64,000 nucleotides of DNA from Rebecca billardiae RCC1528. Its lineage: Eukaryota > Protista > Haptophyta. The notes beneath the pieces are model-generated. The model was not told the DNA's origin. It made no database searches and saw only the letters and a program-made list of their open reading frames with translations. The position numbers and the translations under genes are program-made. The DNA is taken from contig OZ251227.1 in NCBI GenBank assembly GCA_965240325.2, positions 806,001 to 870,000 on the forward strand, in the 5' to 3' direction. This document shows, in pieces, positions 1 to 12,343 of the stretch. The number at the start of each line of letters is the position of its first letter. Position 1 is the first letter of the stretch.

Positions 1-1919
1 TAGTCTCCGACGACTCTGACTCCGCCGAGTAATTCTAACAACAATGTAGTTATGGCGGCTGTCCGAGTCCCCGGCCGCGTCGACGTAGTGACGAACTCCG
101 ACGCTGCATGATTGATCTACTATGCTGATGCCAATCGTCGTGAGTGAGCCTGGTGTGAGTCGTGGTGAGCGCCGCCAGCAGGCGTCGACTGACGAGCCGC
201 CAGCAGGCGTTGACTGACGAGCTGCGTACTACAGTATGACGAGACGACAGTAATCGTCAGTATAGCTGCTGACACTAGACACTGTGATGTGATTATGATC
301 ACGTCGCCGCCGCCGCGCCGCTCGCCGGGAAGCAAGCACGTGCTCGATCACTCGATCAGCGTGGCGGAGAACCGCCTTACACTGCAGCAGAGTCACCGTA
401 TTTAGTCTGCTGCTGTCTGAATCTGATGCCATGCGAGGCACGCCGTGACGCCGCGGGCCGCCGCCGGTCGGCACGCGCGCCGGGTGAGGCACGCCGTGAC
501 GCCGCGGGCCGCCGCCGGTCACGGCACACGCGCCGAGTCACTCCGCGCCGGGTGCCCTGCCCCAGTACTACGTACGATATTATTCACTTTTAAACCGTAG
601 GGCCGCAGGCGCTGATGAGCCTGTCAGGAATATACACGACTATACGACTACGGCATGCATGGTGATTGAAACGGAAGATCGAAGTGACTCCGATGAGACG
701 TATGAGTGAGGATCGAATCGGATGAGCCCGCTATTCTGGGTGCCTCAGGCTGGCAGCCGTGGCCGTCGCGCGGAGCCCGACGCCAGCGCACTACGTCGTG
801 GGCGCACGGATCTAAAAACCACTAGCTCGACGCTGCACGGGAAAAGTGGCGGTGCCCGGCGGCGCACAGACGCAGACTGCTATCATGATTATCAGAGCAC
901 GTTCTCACCGCCGGGCAGCACTGCACGAGAATAGTGCCGCGGCGGGGGTGCCTGTCGGCGCGGCGCACAGACACTATGATCATCGGATGATCATCGGAGC
1001 ACGTTCTCACCGGGCAGCACCGTGGGATGGCCGTTATCGCCCTAGTCTTGGGCACCCCGGACCTGTACAGCAGCAGCCACCGCAGCTTCTTCCGCGCCTC
1101 GCCTCGTCGTCGGTGTTGAATGTGACTCGCGGCCGGCGCGCTTGGCAATGATGGCGTCACCAGCCGCCTCCGCGCAGAAGTGGCTTCGGTCAAAGTACAC
1201 CAGCCTTGGCAAGGCAATGGGCTCTGACGGTGCTCCCGACCTGACTGCACCACCCATGCTGTCGAGCAGTGACTGCGGCTGCAGGGAGCACTGCAAGAAG
1301 AGGTAGGACTCGATGCCCGCCATGCCCGACCCATCCATTTCCCGCTCGCGCGGGTTCTCGAGCGACGAGATGATCAGGGGCAGGGCGTGGCGGTGTTGAT
1401 GGCCGCGCGAGAACTGGTTGATCACGAACCTGCATGAGCTGACCACCGCATCTGTGGCTGCGGACACTCTGTTCGCTTCACGTGCTCCGCGCTGCGGAGC
1501 GCGGACTCCAACTGACCGGCCCGCCGCGCACGAGCAATTTACCGCGCAGCACCCGCTGGTCTTGGGCAACGGTCAACGCCCAGCCGCGTCCATCACCTTA
1601 CTGCTTGGCGCCATTCTGCCACGCCGTGTTCGGACCGCAGCCCGAGCTGTAGTAGCGAGCAGGTGTTCGACCGGGAAAGGCCAGGGCGCCAGCTTCACCT
1701 CCCCTCGGTGGCTCGGTCGGAACTGGCGGAGCTGGAGCTGGTCCTCGAAGCGCGACGATGGGAAGATTGAAGAGTCCCTGCGGACCTCCCTATTACGGGA
1801 ATCTTGCGCTCTCGAGCGCTATTGAAGGGTGTTAAAGCCTCAGCCAATCAGGGGCGGCCATGTTTTTTCCTCGACGTCTGCCAAACACTCGTTTCGGCCC
1901 ACCTCAGATTAACGCAATG
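1..1919. mobile_element. Right part of a CATTGCGTTAAT-terminated non-autonomous DNA transposon (left end outside window)
   Basis: Ends aaacactcgtttcggcccacctcagattaacgcaatg|gg, the same right terminus as the complete copies at 19848-23332 and 42892-46376. Confidence 0.65.
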
Positions 1920-3682
1920 GGAACCACGGCCTCAGTACTAGTCAGTGGCACTGGCAGAATTTAAATCAATTATAATGACCGCGTTCCGCAGTCCTCTTCC
2001 GTCAGAACCAACGTAGTTGGGGGCCCGCGGCGCAGCTGTGCTGTCACCCACGTTGAGCACACAATATACGCGCAGTATCCCAAGGCTCGCAGTCGTCGGG
2101 TGAGGACTGAGGTCGGGCCGCGCGGCGCGCGCGGCCGGCTGGCCGCGTGGTGGGTGGTGCGAGCATTCAGGTGGGGGCAGCAGAGCTTCGCAGGATGCTG
2201 ATTCGCAGCTGCCAGAGCGTGCGCACGGCGTCTACCCGGCAACTTGGCGGCCGCTCGCGTCTGAGCGCACAGCGCGCTCCAGCCGCAGGCGCAGAGCACC
2301 GTGACTGCCATCGGGTGCCACGGTTGAACGCGTGGTCGGGCCACAGGCTACTGGTGGGCGCGCAAGCGGTGCCTAGCTGGCCCGCGGCCTCGGTGGCGTC
2401 GCGCACCACGCCTCCCGGCCCGCACCATCCTTCGGTGCTCGCACCAGACTGGCTCGACAGGGGCACCCGGGTGCGCACATGGGCCCCGGCGAGCCCGCGG
2501 CGAGGATCCGCGTTCGCGGGCGCTTGCGAGGGAATTTCGGGGGTCGGAACCGCTCGGGCGGGACAGTGCCACCTGCCCCGCGAGGCGCGCACCCGCAAAT
2601 CGCGACACGACACCCCGACTGGCCGCCGCGTGGCGGCGGCGGGCTAGGCCGTACGGTTTTGCCTCCGCGCCAAAGCAGGCAGGCGGATGCCCGAGCGGCG
2701 AGCAGGGCGGTCGGCCGCAGGAGCCGGGCCGCCTGCGAGCTGAAGGACGAGTTGGCTCCACCTCGGCTTCACGCCGGTGGCCAGCTCGCGCTCGTGCGCC
2801 CAGCAGCCCGCCCCCGGGCGTCGGGGGTCGGCTCGGCGAGGGGCGCGAGGGGGTCGCCTTCGCGACGCCTCGTCTCCCGGATGTACTGTCGTACAAAACG
2901 CGGGGATGACACGCGCCGCGCGCGCCCCCTCCGGCTCCGACTAATACGGATAGCTGCGGCGGGTATTTTTCAATGTCTCGCACTATTGGAGTTGGTTGGA
3001 CGATTATGTCAACGGTCGTTCTTGGCATCTTGCGGCGGCGAGGCCATATTATTTTACTATGGTCACACTACATTAACGAGAGTCTACCCACAATTACCCA
3101 GCCTGGCACACTTGGGCGTGGGTTTCGTTGATGATTCCTCTGTTCACTATTCAAGACGGCGGACGCGACCTTTTTCGACGCTAATCCATGTGTAAGGAGG
3201 TCTCAAAAAATCGAAACTCGGTCTCCTCCACTGTGGAAAACACCGCCCAGTCCCTTTTTTCTTTGATCAAAGATCTTTTTGAAACGTGGTTAGGGCCCAC
3301 GGAGCGGGCTCCACGCTGCGCGTTCCGCCCTGCACCGCGGGCCATAATAAGTACTACAGTCTTAAATAGTCATCAGTCTACTTATAAGGAGTCTGTCGAC
3401 TCAGACTGCGCGGGGCATTAGCAGCCTAATGATTAGCGGCCGCCCGCCGCGATTCGGATCAACGACTATCAAGTTGGCGCGCGGCTGCTAAGTCAGTGAG
3501 TCAGTGTCAGTGACAGTGTGACGACCGCCGCTGCCAGCCGATCGAGTTCGACTCCGAGTCAAGTCACTCAGTCAGTAGTCACTCAGTGGGCGACCGACGG
3601 AACTGTCATCAATGATGATGAGTGATTATTCGAGGCTGACTCGCGACTCTGACGATCAGCCATTGATTGTCATTGACAATCT

Positions 3683-6315
3683 CACAGTGCAGGATTGGAA
3701 TTTTCCGTGACGCTTCGGACGGTCCGCAGCTCGAGTCAGCGAATCCGGTCTCGGCCGGACAGTGGAACTCGGGTGGAAGCCGCGACTTCGCGGCGGACGG
3801 AGCCTCAAACGAGCGGTGCCTCGGCTCGCGGCGCGATCTACTCGGCGAAGACCGACGAGGCTGCTCGCGGGCCCGACTATGCGTCGACGCGGGCTGGGGT
3901 CGTCTTCCGCGTGGCGCTGGGCAAGTTCCTCGCCGCCCTGACGGGTGCTCTCCTTTCGCCCTCACGGCGCGCGCGGTGCGTTTCGCGAGCTTCTTGCATG
4001 CACCGCCCGCGGTTGCGCCCGAGCCTGATGCTTCAGTCGACACGGCAGGTGGCTCGCGCAGGGTGGGATTGTGTGCGGGTGCCGCTGGCGGTGCGTCTCA
4101 CCCTCCTGAAATTGTGTGGGAGGCTGTGACATTGCACGCGTACACCCCGCCACGCCCGCGGCCCGCCCGCGCAAACGCCGCGCCGCGCAGTTGTCTTTGA
4201 CCTCGAGCGAGCCTGAGGCGTGGAGGCGACCGACGGCGGGGTGCGACTTGCCCACCGACCCGAGCCGCATCACCCAGCGCAGCCTCGCCCGCGACGACGC
4301 TTCGCCTGGCTGCCACTGCTCAGCCGCGTGCAAGGCGGGCTGGGCGACGTCTTTGCCGAGCGCGGCTGCAGCGCAGCACGCGAGAGGCTGGAGCGCCATG
4401 ACGCGGATGGCGGAGCGGGCTTTGGGCTGGCTGGCATGAGCCGCCAGGCTGTACCGTCCGCGCAGATCGCGCTCGGCCCGGCCGCAGCCCTCCTGAGCGC
4501 GCGCCTCAGAGCTGAGACTGATCACGTGCACGCGCACAAGCCACACTGCCGTGGCTGTGTCGAGCAGCTGCGTGTGCTCGAGGCGCGGCGCTCGCACGGG
4601 CCACGCGGGCGCAGCGGGTGCGCGTAGCTGGCGCACGCAGTGCCACGTCCTGCCGCGCCAGTTTGGCGGCCGTCCGCCCCCCCGAGCTCGAGTTCTGCGC
4701 GCTTTGCGACGGCGCGGCCGGCCGCGCCCATCTTCATGCTTGGGCACGCCAGCATGGCCGCCGCCGGGCCTGCTGCGCGCGCCGAAGCTGGAGGGCGGAG
4801 GAGGGCGCTGGGCTGCTCCTACGGCGTGCTGCAGCCCGGGCAGGCTTTTCCGCGGCGCGGCGAGGCCGTCGCGCCTGCTCGCCGCCGTCGAGTCGCCCGT
4901 GCTGAGTGACCGTCGGCCGCATGTGCTCGGCGGCACCGCAGGCAGGCGTCCCATACCAGTGTGCTCGAGCCGCTGCGCGCACCCAAGGCGAGCTGCTCGA
5001 GCGGGCTAGGTGGGCCCACGGAGTGCGCGCAGCTGGCGCACGCAGCCCCGCGTCATGGGGTGTCGGTTTGACGGTCGCCAGCCCCCGTGGGCTCGAGCTC
5101 TGTGCGCTTCACCACAGAGGTGCCGACGGCGCCCCGCGGCGCGCAACGGCGTGGCAGCATGGCCGCCGCCGGCGCCGCCGCACATGCCGCCGCTTACGGG
5201 CAGTCGAGAGCTTGGGGCAGCACCTACGGCATGCTGCAGCTTGGGCGGGCTCTGCCAGCCTGCTGTGGCGTGATCGCGCATTTTCCAGACCGTCGACTCG
5301 CCCGCGCTGCATATTTGTTTGCTGCGCGTGCTCGACGGCGCCGCTGCTGCCGCTACGGCCGCGCGTTGCTGCGTCGCGAGCGAGCCCGATGCGAGCTGAA
5401 CGGCGGCGTGCTCATCGCTGCTGGCGCAGATGGGCGCGTCATGGTGGCCACGCACGATGCTGAGTGCTCGCGCGTGCCAGACGAGGCGCGTGCTCGCGCT
5501 GTGGCTCAATGTCCGGCAGTGCGCGTGGCAGGCCGCAGCTGCTCGACAACAGAACCAGCGGGCAGTGATCGGGCTGCGCGCGCGCAGCTGATGGCGGCGA
5601 ACGAGCGAGCCCGCACCGCCGCGCAAGGGCTGGGCGACTGGCGCCGAGGTGGCGCGCACGTCGTCCGCTGCCGTTGGCATCGCGGCGGACGCTTCAAGCT
5701 CGTTCGGCCGGCGTGTTTTCTCCGACGCCCACCTGCGAGCGCTGCCGGCACCGTGCTCGGGCGTCAGTATCGGTGGGCTCGAGCACGCGTGGTGAGGCGC
5801 TCGGAGCGGTCGACGGCCATGATCGGGCAGCGCACGGTGGGCGCAGGCCACGCGCACGCCAGCGCCCCGCGTGGCGTGGCTTCACGGGGCGCAGCCACCA
5901 GGAGACTGTGCTGCGACGAGCTCGGGCGCGCTCGGGCGCCGCTGCTCTGCATTTTCCCGAAAAATCGGTTTTCGTGCCCTCGACCGGCGGTATGCCGCCG
6001 GGGTGGCCGCAGCTGCGCTCGGAGCAGCGCGCACGGGCACCGCCGTGTGCGCCCGCCCGCTTTCGCCGCCGCCGAGCTCGAGCACAGCGCTGCGCGGGGC
6101 TGCGTAATGCCAACGGCGCATGATTTTTTGCCCGCGCCGAGCGCGCGTCGGCGCGCGCAGCGCGCTCAGGTGTGGCCTGCTACCAAGGTCTGTGCCACGA
6201 TTCGACGCGCCTATGGTGCGCCGAATTTAGGCGCACCGCTTCAGAATTGTCCGATGATTCGACTAGTGGTGCGGACAACTTAAAACGTCACCCTGAGCAG
6301 TTTTCCGGCACTGTG
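3683..6315. mobile_element. 2633-bp non-autonomous TIR element (CACAGTGC ends, 2-bp TSD CT), EnSpm/CMC-like
   Basis: ct|cacagtgcagga ... tccggcactgtg|ct: 12-bp TIR with 1 mismatch and CT on both sides; internal imperfect duplication (~4570-4840 vs ~4960-5240); no transposase motif seen. Confidence 0.55.
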
Positions 6316-6505
6316 CTGCGACTCTGTCTCTGAAATCGTGCGACGGCGCAGGACACGGGTTAAGGTACTGGCTCATAGCTACTCACGCTGAGTCACGTAC
6401 GATCTAACTAGACGCTCCGTTCACGAAGTCTGACTGAGTAGTGGCACCGTCGGCACTGAATGCTGAACTGGCTGAGTGTCCGCGACCGAGTCCGGGCATG
6501 AACCG

Positions 6506-6527
6506 CTCCCCCGCTCCGGCGGGGGAG
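6506..6527. other. GC-rich hairpin just before a (TA)n run
   Basis: ctcccccgc-tccg-gcgggggag, perfect 9-bp stem; function unknown; repeated at 27919-27940. Confidence 0.4.
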
Positions 6528-6657
6528 TTCACACTTCATATATATATATGCCAATCAATAGTCATGCAGCGGGCCGCCGTGCCAGTCAGTGACTCAGTCA
6601 CAGTGCTGTCATGCCGCGCAATTTATAATTATTAATAATTATACAGCATATATATAT

Positions 6658-7614
6658 AATAAACTGTGCCCTGGCGGGCGGGGGGCCCGGCGGGCGGGGG
6701 TCGGCGGGCCGTGCCAGTGCTGTCGCAATGTTTCCTCTGCGGGTTCGCGTCTGCTTTCCACATTCGCGCGTGGCCGTGGGTGACGGACAGTCCGACGAGG
6801 GCGAGGACCAGTGACACCTGAAGTTCTCCCACGTGTACACGTCTGTACTATGTGCGCATCAGCGAGGCCCACACCCACGAGGGAATGTGCAGCACGCGGG
6901 GCGGGGCGGGTAGGCCGTTGCTCCGCGCGAGCGCGGGTACGCGCTGTGTGTGCCGCATCTCGACCGCGATGGCGTAATCGAGCGCCTCGCCGCCGACGAA
7001 GCCGCCAGAGTAGATCATGTGCATGTCCTCCTGCCGCCAGCCGAGAGCGGTCGTCGCGAGGATGCTTGCCGATGTCCGCTCCGGGCATGATGGGCTCGGC
7101 GCGGGTCGCGTTGACATCGTACACGGCCGCCACGCTGAGCACGAGCGCGTTGACGTTCAGGCGGTCGTCGCTCTTCGCCTCTTCGACAGGTCTGGCGCCC
7201 GCGTGTTTGGCGGCACGAGGAGCTGTTGGTTGTGCGCGCGCGCGCGCACAGCGACAGCGTGTGCCACCCGCGATCGAGAGTGGGCACGAGCTGCTCACGC
7301 GGGCACACGAATCGCAGCGCATCCTTCACAGGCGTGACGACGTCCGCCTCGTCCCGCAGCGCCTGCGCCATGGACGAGGATGGCGCGGCGATGTTGCATG
7401 CTCGACGTTTCATCTCTCCGCGGATGGCATCACGGGCTTGTCTGTGTCGCGCTGCGGCGAGGGTCGCCAACTCGCGAAGACGCGGTTGCTGCCACGGTGA
7501 CAGACCCGGGAGGTGCGTCCGCTGCGCGTCGTACGCCGTTGGCGCTGCGCTTCCGTCGCATTGGTCACCGTCGACGCCATGCACGCCGGACGTGGGCTTT
7601 CGGCTGAGGGACCG
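6658..7614 (-). repeat. Dispersed repeat with decayed coding remnant (diverged copy at 62909-63788)
   Basis: Both copies share the sharp boundary aataaactgtgccctggcgggcg; minus-strand frames give protein-like pieces (PVEEAKSDDRLNVNALVLSVAAVYDVN; GGEALDYAIAVEMRH...LHIPSWVWASLMR) broken by frameshifts. Confidence 0.8.
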
Positions 7615-7716
7615 CCACTTCGCGAGCGACAGTCCGGTACGAGTCTCGGACCAGATTGGCAGTAGACAAGCTCGAGTTGAGAGTACGGCGTCGTCAATCT
7701 CGCCTGCCTGAGCTGT

Positions 7717-9190
7717 TAAATTCCCCTTTATAACGGGCTCCGGGTGATCAGACTGGCGGCCGAAGCCTCCAGCCCTACCCTGGCCAGCCCCCAACCAACC
7801 ACCACCCTCACCCAACCTCAAACCACTGACCGATACACCAAGTGCCTTGACACCACTCCGCTGTGGACAGCCCGCCTCCAGAGGGGGCGGGGGTATGCCA
7901 TTGCCGACAGCATACAAGCCCAACACTGTGGGGTGGTCCCAGGTACCAGCAGTGCACTGCCTTGCAATTCGAGATCATCGAGTTTGAGCCGAGTCGGCAG
8001 ACTGGGCACCCCTTAGGGTGCCCCAGTGTGGGCAGAGGGCCAGCCACTAGCCGATCCCTGCGCGGGGGAGGGGACGGAGGGGGCTGTCAGCGAGCCCAGT
8101 ACGGCTGGGCCGGGGTCTGGGCCACTGGTCCTGGCAGTGAGGCGCCTGTATTTCACTCGTGCTGCTATGGAGGCAGATGGTGTCATGTCAGACATGTGTG
8201 CGATATCGGGCATCAAGTCAGGGCGTGGGCCGCTGTAGGAGGCAAGCAGAGTGGTGGCGATGGCTAATACGCCTGGGGAGGAGTCGTTTGCGCGCCTCTT
8301 TCTGCTGCTCTTTGCAGGGGGTTGCATACTTCGCTGTGCAGGCTGAGCCTGCCTGCCAGTTGGTGTTAGGATAGGCACATTTGCCTGGCGGGGTGGGCAG
8401 TGTCGTTTGGGCGGGGGGCTGTCTTGCTGAGCTTGACTAGGAGGAGGCAGCCTGCGCCTGGGGGCTGCCAGTGTCTTGGCAGAGCCAGCAGGTGGCTGTG
8501 TGGCCTGCTGTCCAGTGTCTGATTGTGTAATGCCGTTGTGAGCTCCGTGACCAGTGTGACTGCCCGCAGCAGGATCTGCCTCAATCTCAGGGCCCCCATG
8601 TGTCAACACATTGTCCGACGGACGCACATCGCGGCGAGCCAGTGGGGTAACATATTGGAGCGGCCATGCCACAAGAGGTGTCAGGTGTGGCAGGCTGCAG
8701 AGGCCACGCAATCACCATAGGGAGGGGGCGAGCACGCTGTAGGGGCCATGCCCGCAAGAGTAGCTGAGGGCGCACGTGGTGACCGCGCGCTATTGGCTGG
8801 TGCAGGTTGGCCTGCCCCGCGCCTGCCTGCCAGCCCTGGCCAGCCTGGGCAGGGGGTTGCTGCTGGATGACAGGTGGCCCCTGTAACTGATTATTCATGG
8901 CAATCGCCCCTCCTGGGCCTGCCTGTGCCTGTGGGGGAGGGGGCTGCCCCCCCTGGTCGTGCCCAGGCGGCGGCCGAAGCTCCCTGGCATGTCGAAGGAG
9001 ACGCCCTGCCTTTGACAGCTGGGAGTCCACGTCCTTGCGGGCCTGCATGATGCCTAGCCCTGCCTTCAGTAAGGCCACGTGCATGCTCCTGCCGAGATGC
9101 ACGTTGCCCCCCACAGTGGTCTTCAGTGTGCTGGGCACCCTGCCCAAGAGGGCAGCCCCAGAGCACACATGTCGCGCCAAGTTCCATTCT
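7717..9190 (-). mobile_element. 1474-bp insertion, probable 5'-truncated retroposon fragment, splitting a 54-bp dispersed repeat
   Basis: Flanks 7692-7716 and 9191-9219 join exactly to the reverse complement of 60656-60709 (empty site). Its end 7716-7833 recurs inverted at 51702-51819 followed by extra A residues. Visibly CpG-poor; minus-strand open frame down to 8587 with no recognisable domain. Confidence 0.7.
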
Positions 9191-9287
9191 GTGCGTCTCT
9201 TATTCTTAGTAAACTGTAAGGAAGGGTTGGCCGGTTGGGGGCAATTTTCACCAGGATCGGGGATCCCGCCCGAGTTCCACGCCGCCC

Positions 9288-10169
9288 ATGAGCACCGAGC
9301 ACGGATCGCGCGCAGCATGCGCACTGATCGTGGCGCTGGCGAAGACGGTGAGCGTGCGGAATCTCTCGCTCGTGGAGCCGACACAGCCGCTGCCCTCGCC
9401 CACGCCTGGCTTTGCTGCATACGCCGCTACCCATGTCGCATCGCTCATCATTCCGTTCATTCTGCTGTTTCGCGTGAGTGCAGCCACGCTGTGGACGGTG
9501 GCACTCATCTGCGCGTACCGCGATCCAAGTAAGGCGACGATCACGCACCGTGAGCGCAAGGTGGACGTGCGGCATCTCGGCCGCTTCGTCACGTTCACGC
9601 TGTGGTGCAACTGCCTGCTCTGTGCGTACTGGTGGTCGAGCTCCGCTGCCGTGGCGTTGGAGTGGCTCGGGATGGGCGTCCCCACGCGCCTTCATGCGTG
9701 CACCCAGGCGCTGTGGGCCGTATGCTTCCCGCTCTCGTGGCTGGTGGCGATCGTCGTCTCGTACGTGCTCATCCCTGCCGGCCGCACCACGCAGCCCGAG
9801 TGGGTCCGCGTCTGCCTCCAGTGGCGCGCGCTGGTGTTCCACAACGGTGCCGTACTCGCGTGCACCATCGACTGTGCGCTCGCCCGTCCGCCGATGGCGT
9901 GGACGAGCTGGCCACTCGTGCTTCTTTTCGGCACGACGTACATCGTCTTCTCGTGGCTGCTCTATCAGCGGCTTGGCGTGTACTGTTACTTCTTTCTCGA
10001 TCCGTACTACCGTTGGGCGCCCCTCGCCTACCTCGGCCTGCTCGGGCTGACGTGCGGCTGCTCGATGGCGTGCGTCGCCCTCACGGCCTGGCTCGAGCGC
10101 GCGAGCTGGCCACTCGCGTGCAACGCAGCCGTCCTTGCAGCAGCACTTGCCACATGCACATGGCGCTGA
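9288..10169 (+). CDS. FAR-17a/AIG1/ADTRP-like multi-pass membrane protein (putative Thr/His lipid hydrolase), 293 aa
   Basis: ATG-TGA ORF with several hydrophobic helices; motifs RFVTFTLW (candidate catalytic Thr), VFHNG (candidate catalytic His) and GVYCYFFLD resembling the family G-x-W-x-Y-P-F-L-D motif. Confidence 0.72.
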   Translation: MSTEHGSRAACALIVALAKTVSVRNLSLVEPTQPLPSPTPGFAAYAATHVASLIIPFILLFRVSAATLWTVALICAYRDPSKATITHRERKVDVRHLGRFVTFTLWCNCLLCAYWWSSSAAVALEWLGMGVPTRLHACTQALWAVCFPLSWLVAIVVSYVLIPAGRTTQPEWVRVCLQWRALVFHNGAVLACTIDCALARPPMAWTSWPLVLLFGTTYIVFSWLLYQRLGVYCYFFLDPYYRWAPLAYLGLLGLTCGCSMACVALTAWLERASWPLACNAAVLAAALATCTWR

Positions 10170-11320
10170 GCCGCCAACCGGGTCCGGTGCCAGCCCCCTG
10201 ACTGTGGTGACGAGCCCAGGCTAGAGTAGCTAGCATAATAGTGCCCAAACGGCCCAAGTCCTAGCCCTAGCTAGGTCATGCATCGATCATACACCATACT
10301 GTCCATACTTCGACCGCTGCACCTGCGCCATCAGCCCTGCTCACCCTGCTGGCCTGCCGAGATTGAGACGGCGCGTCTGCTTATTGAGCGGCGCGACTCC
10401 GAAGACAATCTGAATAAGCTAAAGAGTCGTGATGCGCGTCACCGTTCCGTGGCGTCGTTCACAGCACGACATTGTCACGACAACGCGGCAGCCATGAGCG
10501 CGCGGAGCCGCGCTACGGCGCGGGCCCGCGAAGCGCTCGCTGCTCGGTCAGGGATCAGTCGGTGCCTGCCGCAGCCGACAGCCGTGAGCCGCGTGCATGC
10601 CGCCTCCAGCCATCCAACTGTGCAGAGTTCGAGCAGAGCGGCAAGTGCGCACGCAGGCGTGCCCGTGAGACGAGCACTGCGGCCGGCACGCCGCACGGGG
10701 GAGTCGGGGACGGCAGGTCAGTCAAAGTGAGGTCAGACCGTCTGTCTGTCGAGTGTCGGCAGGAGGACCAGCCGCTAGCTACCATCACGAACTAGGCTAC
10801 CAATAGCGGCTGAGACTGCCATCTGACATCCTGCCCTGCCCCCTCGCCCTCCCAGGCTGGGGCTGGGGCTGGGGGCTGGGGCGTCACAGCAGGTCCAGGT
10901 GCGAGGGCCGAGGCGTGCAGCGCCGCAGGTTTATTTAGATCGCGCTACTGTACAGCAGCTCAAGCTGGGCTCATGCAGATTGTCATGCTTGTCATTGCTC
11001 ATCGATATATCGCGGAGCGGGCACGGTCGCGGGTCGTCGGCGGTGCTTCACTGCTCTGCCATCACACTGCGACAAATAACACCAATGCGTAATGCCGACC
11101 GCCGATACACCGTTCGGATCCTGAACGAAATGTTTAGCACTATAAGTAAGCGGAAAGGGCAATGTGATCAAGGCTCTGGCGTTGAAAGCGCGAGAGTCCG
11201 GAGGCGCACCGCACCGTGTAGTTTGGTAACTCTTTGGACGCTGCTGAGTGCTGAAAGTTTTCCTCGCAGTTTTCCTTGCACCCGCGTTCTGACTCCCGCA
11301 ATGTAAATCGCACTAGAAAC

Positions 11321-11323
<3 letters not shown>

Positions 11324-11383
<60 letters not shown>
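11324..11383. repeat. (AC)30 microsatellite, left flank of the 960-bp element
   Basis: Read directly. Confidence 0.97.
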
Positions 11384-11386
<3 letters not shown>

Positions 11387-12342
11387 TGTGCGAATCAAGG
11401 CCTATATGGCCGGCCATGACCGATGATATTGGCCGCTAGGCGGCCATGGCCGATGGTTGGCGGTCGACCATCCATCTCTGGCCGATGGGTATTGGCCGAT
11501 GGCCGTCCGGCGGCCGGACCGCCGTACTCGTAGGCCGCGCCGGACGGCACGGCCACGGCGCCGGCGCGTGATGGCCGCGTGAGCACGCCGCGCGGGCTGC
11601 AGCACTGTCCGACTCTGCACGGTCGTAGTTCGAGAGGACGGCCCCGGGGCTCGGCCGACCCAACTGGTGGACTTGTTGAGCCCCAGTGGCGGTCTCGACC
11701 CGTCGACCGAGCTTGGCAGGTGTGTGTGTGTGCCTGTGTGTGTTTAATAATAGTGTTAATCTGATATACTATATCAGTTACAGGCGACTATGTCTATTGC
11801 GATGTATTTGCCGATTCTGCGCGCCGGCCCGGCGAGTGAAGGACGCGAGGTCAGCAGGCGGCGAGCCCGGCGAGACTCCGAGGGCGAGTCAGCGGCCGCA
11901 CCCGCGCCCGCGACCGCGCCCACGCCCGCGCCCACGACCCCTACTCAACGGCTCGCGCTTGCACTGCCAGCAGCGCTGCGGCATCGTCTCACGCAGACCA
12001 CGTCTGCCGACGCGGCGACTGCGGCAGCCTCGCGGCGAGCGGACGAGCGGTGGCTGCCGCAGCACAGTAGTCGGCTGCAAGCAGCTTCTGCGACGAGATC
12101 ATGCCCAGACAGAGTCAAGACTCAAGCCGACCTCGTTGGGGTACCATACGTTCTGCCCGAGTGGTGAATAATCTTTTGCCGAAAAAGAAAAAGGGATGAA
12201 TGAATATATATATATATATATGTATGTATTCATTTATTAATATTTATTCGTCGTAGTCGGCCACTGGCCGATGAACGGGCAAAAGTGGGCATCCTGTGGC
12301 CGACGGGTTGGCCGACGCCCGTCGAGGCTTGATTCGCACACA

Positions 12343-12343
<1 letters not shown>
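11384..12343. mobile_element. 960-bp MITE-like element inside an (AC)n microsatellite (absent from copy B)
   Basis: TIRs ctatgtgcgaatcaaggcct / aggcttgattcgcacacag; many subterminal tggccga-like motifs; copy B has an uninterrupted (AC)27 at 37632-37685. Confidence 0.88.

Noticed and set aside
2022-3343. 14-bp imperfect inverted repeat ggcccgcggYgcag as a Harbinger-like element
   Set aside because: No TSD, and an almost all-GC word can match by chance; no empty site available.
3683-3720. CACAGTG terminus as RAG/Transib signal
   Set aside because: No nonamer at 12/23 spacing, no 5-bp TSD and no transposase.
120-9200. Many long Arg/Ala/Pro/Gly-rich ORFs in the track (e.g. 3962-4954, 5087-6283, 7015-7926)
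   Set aside because: Expected in very GC-rich DNA; overlapping in all frames, no domain motifs, mostly inside repeats.
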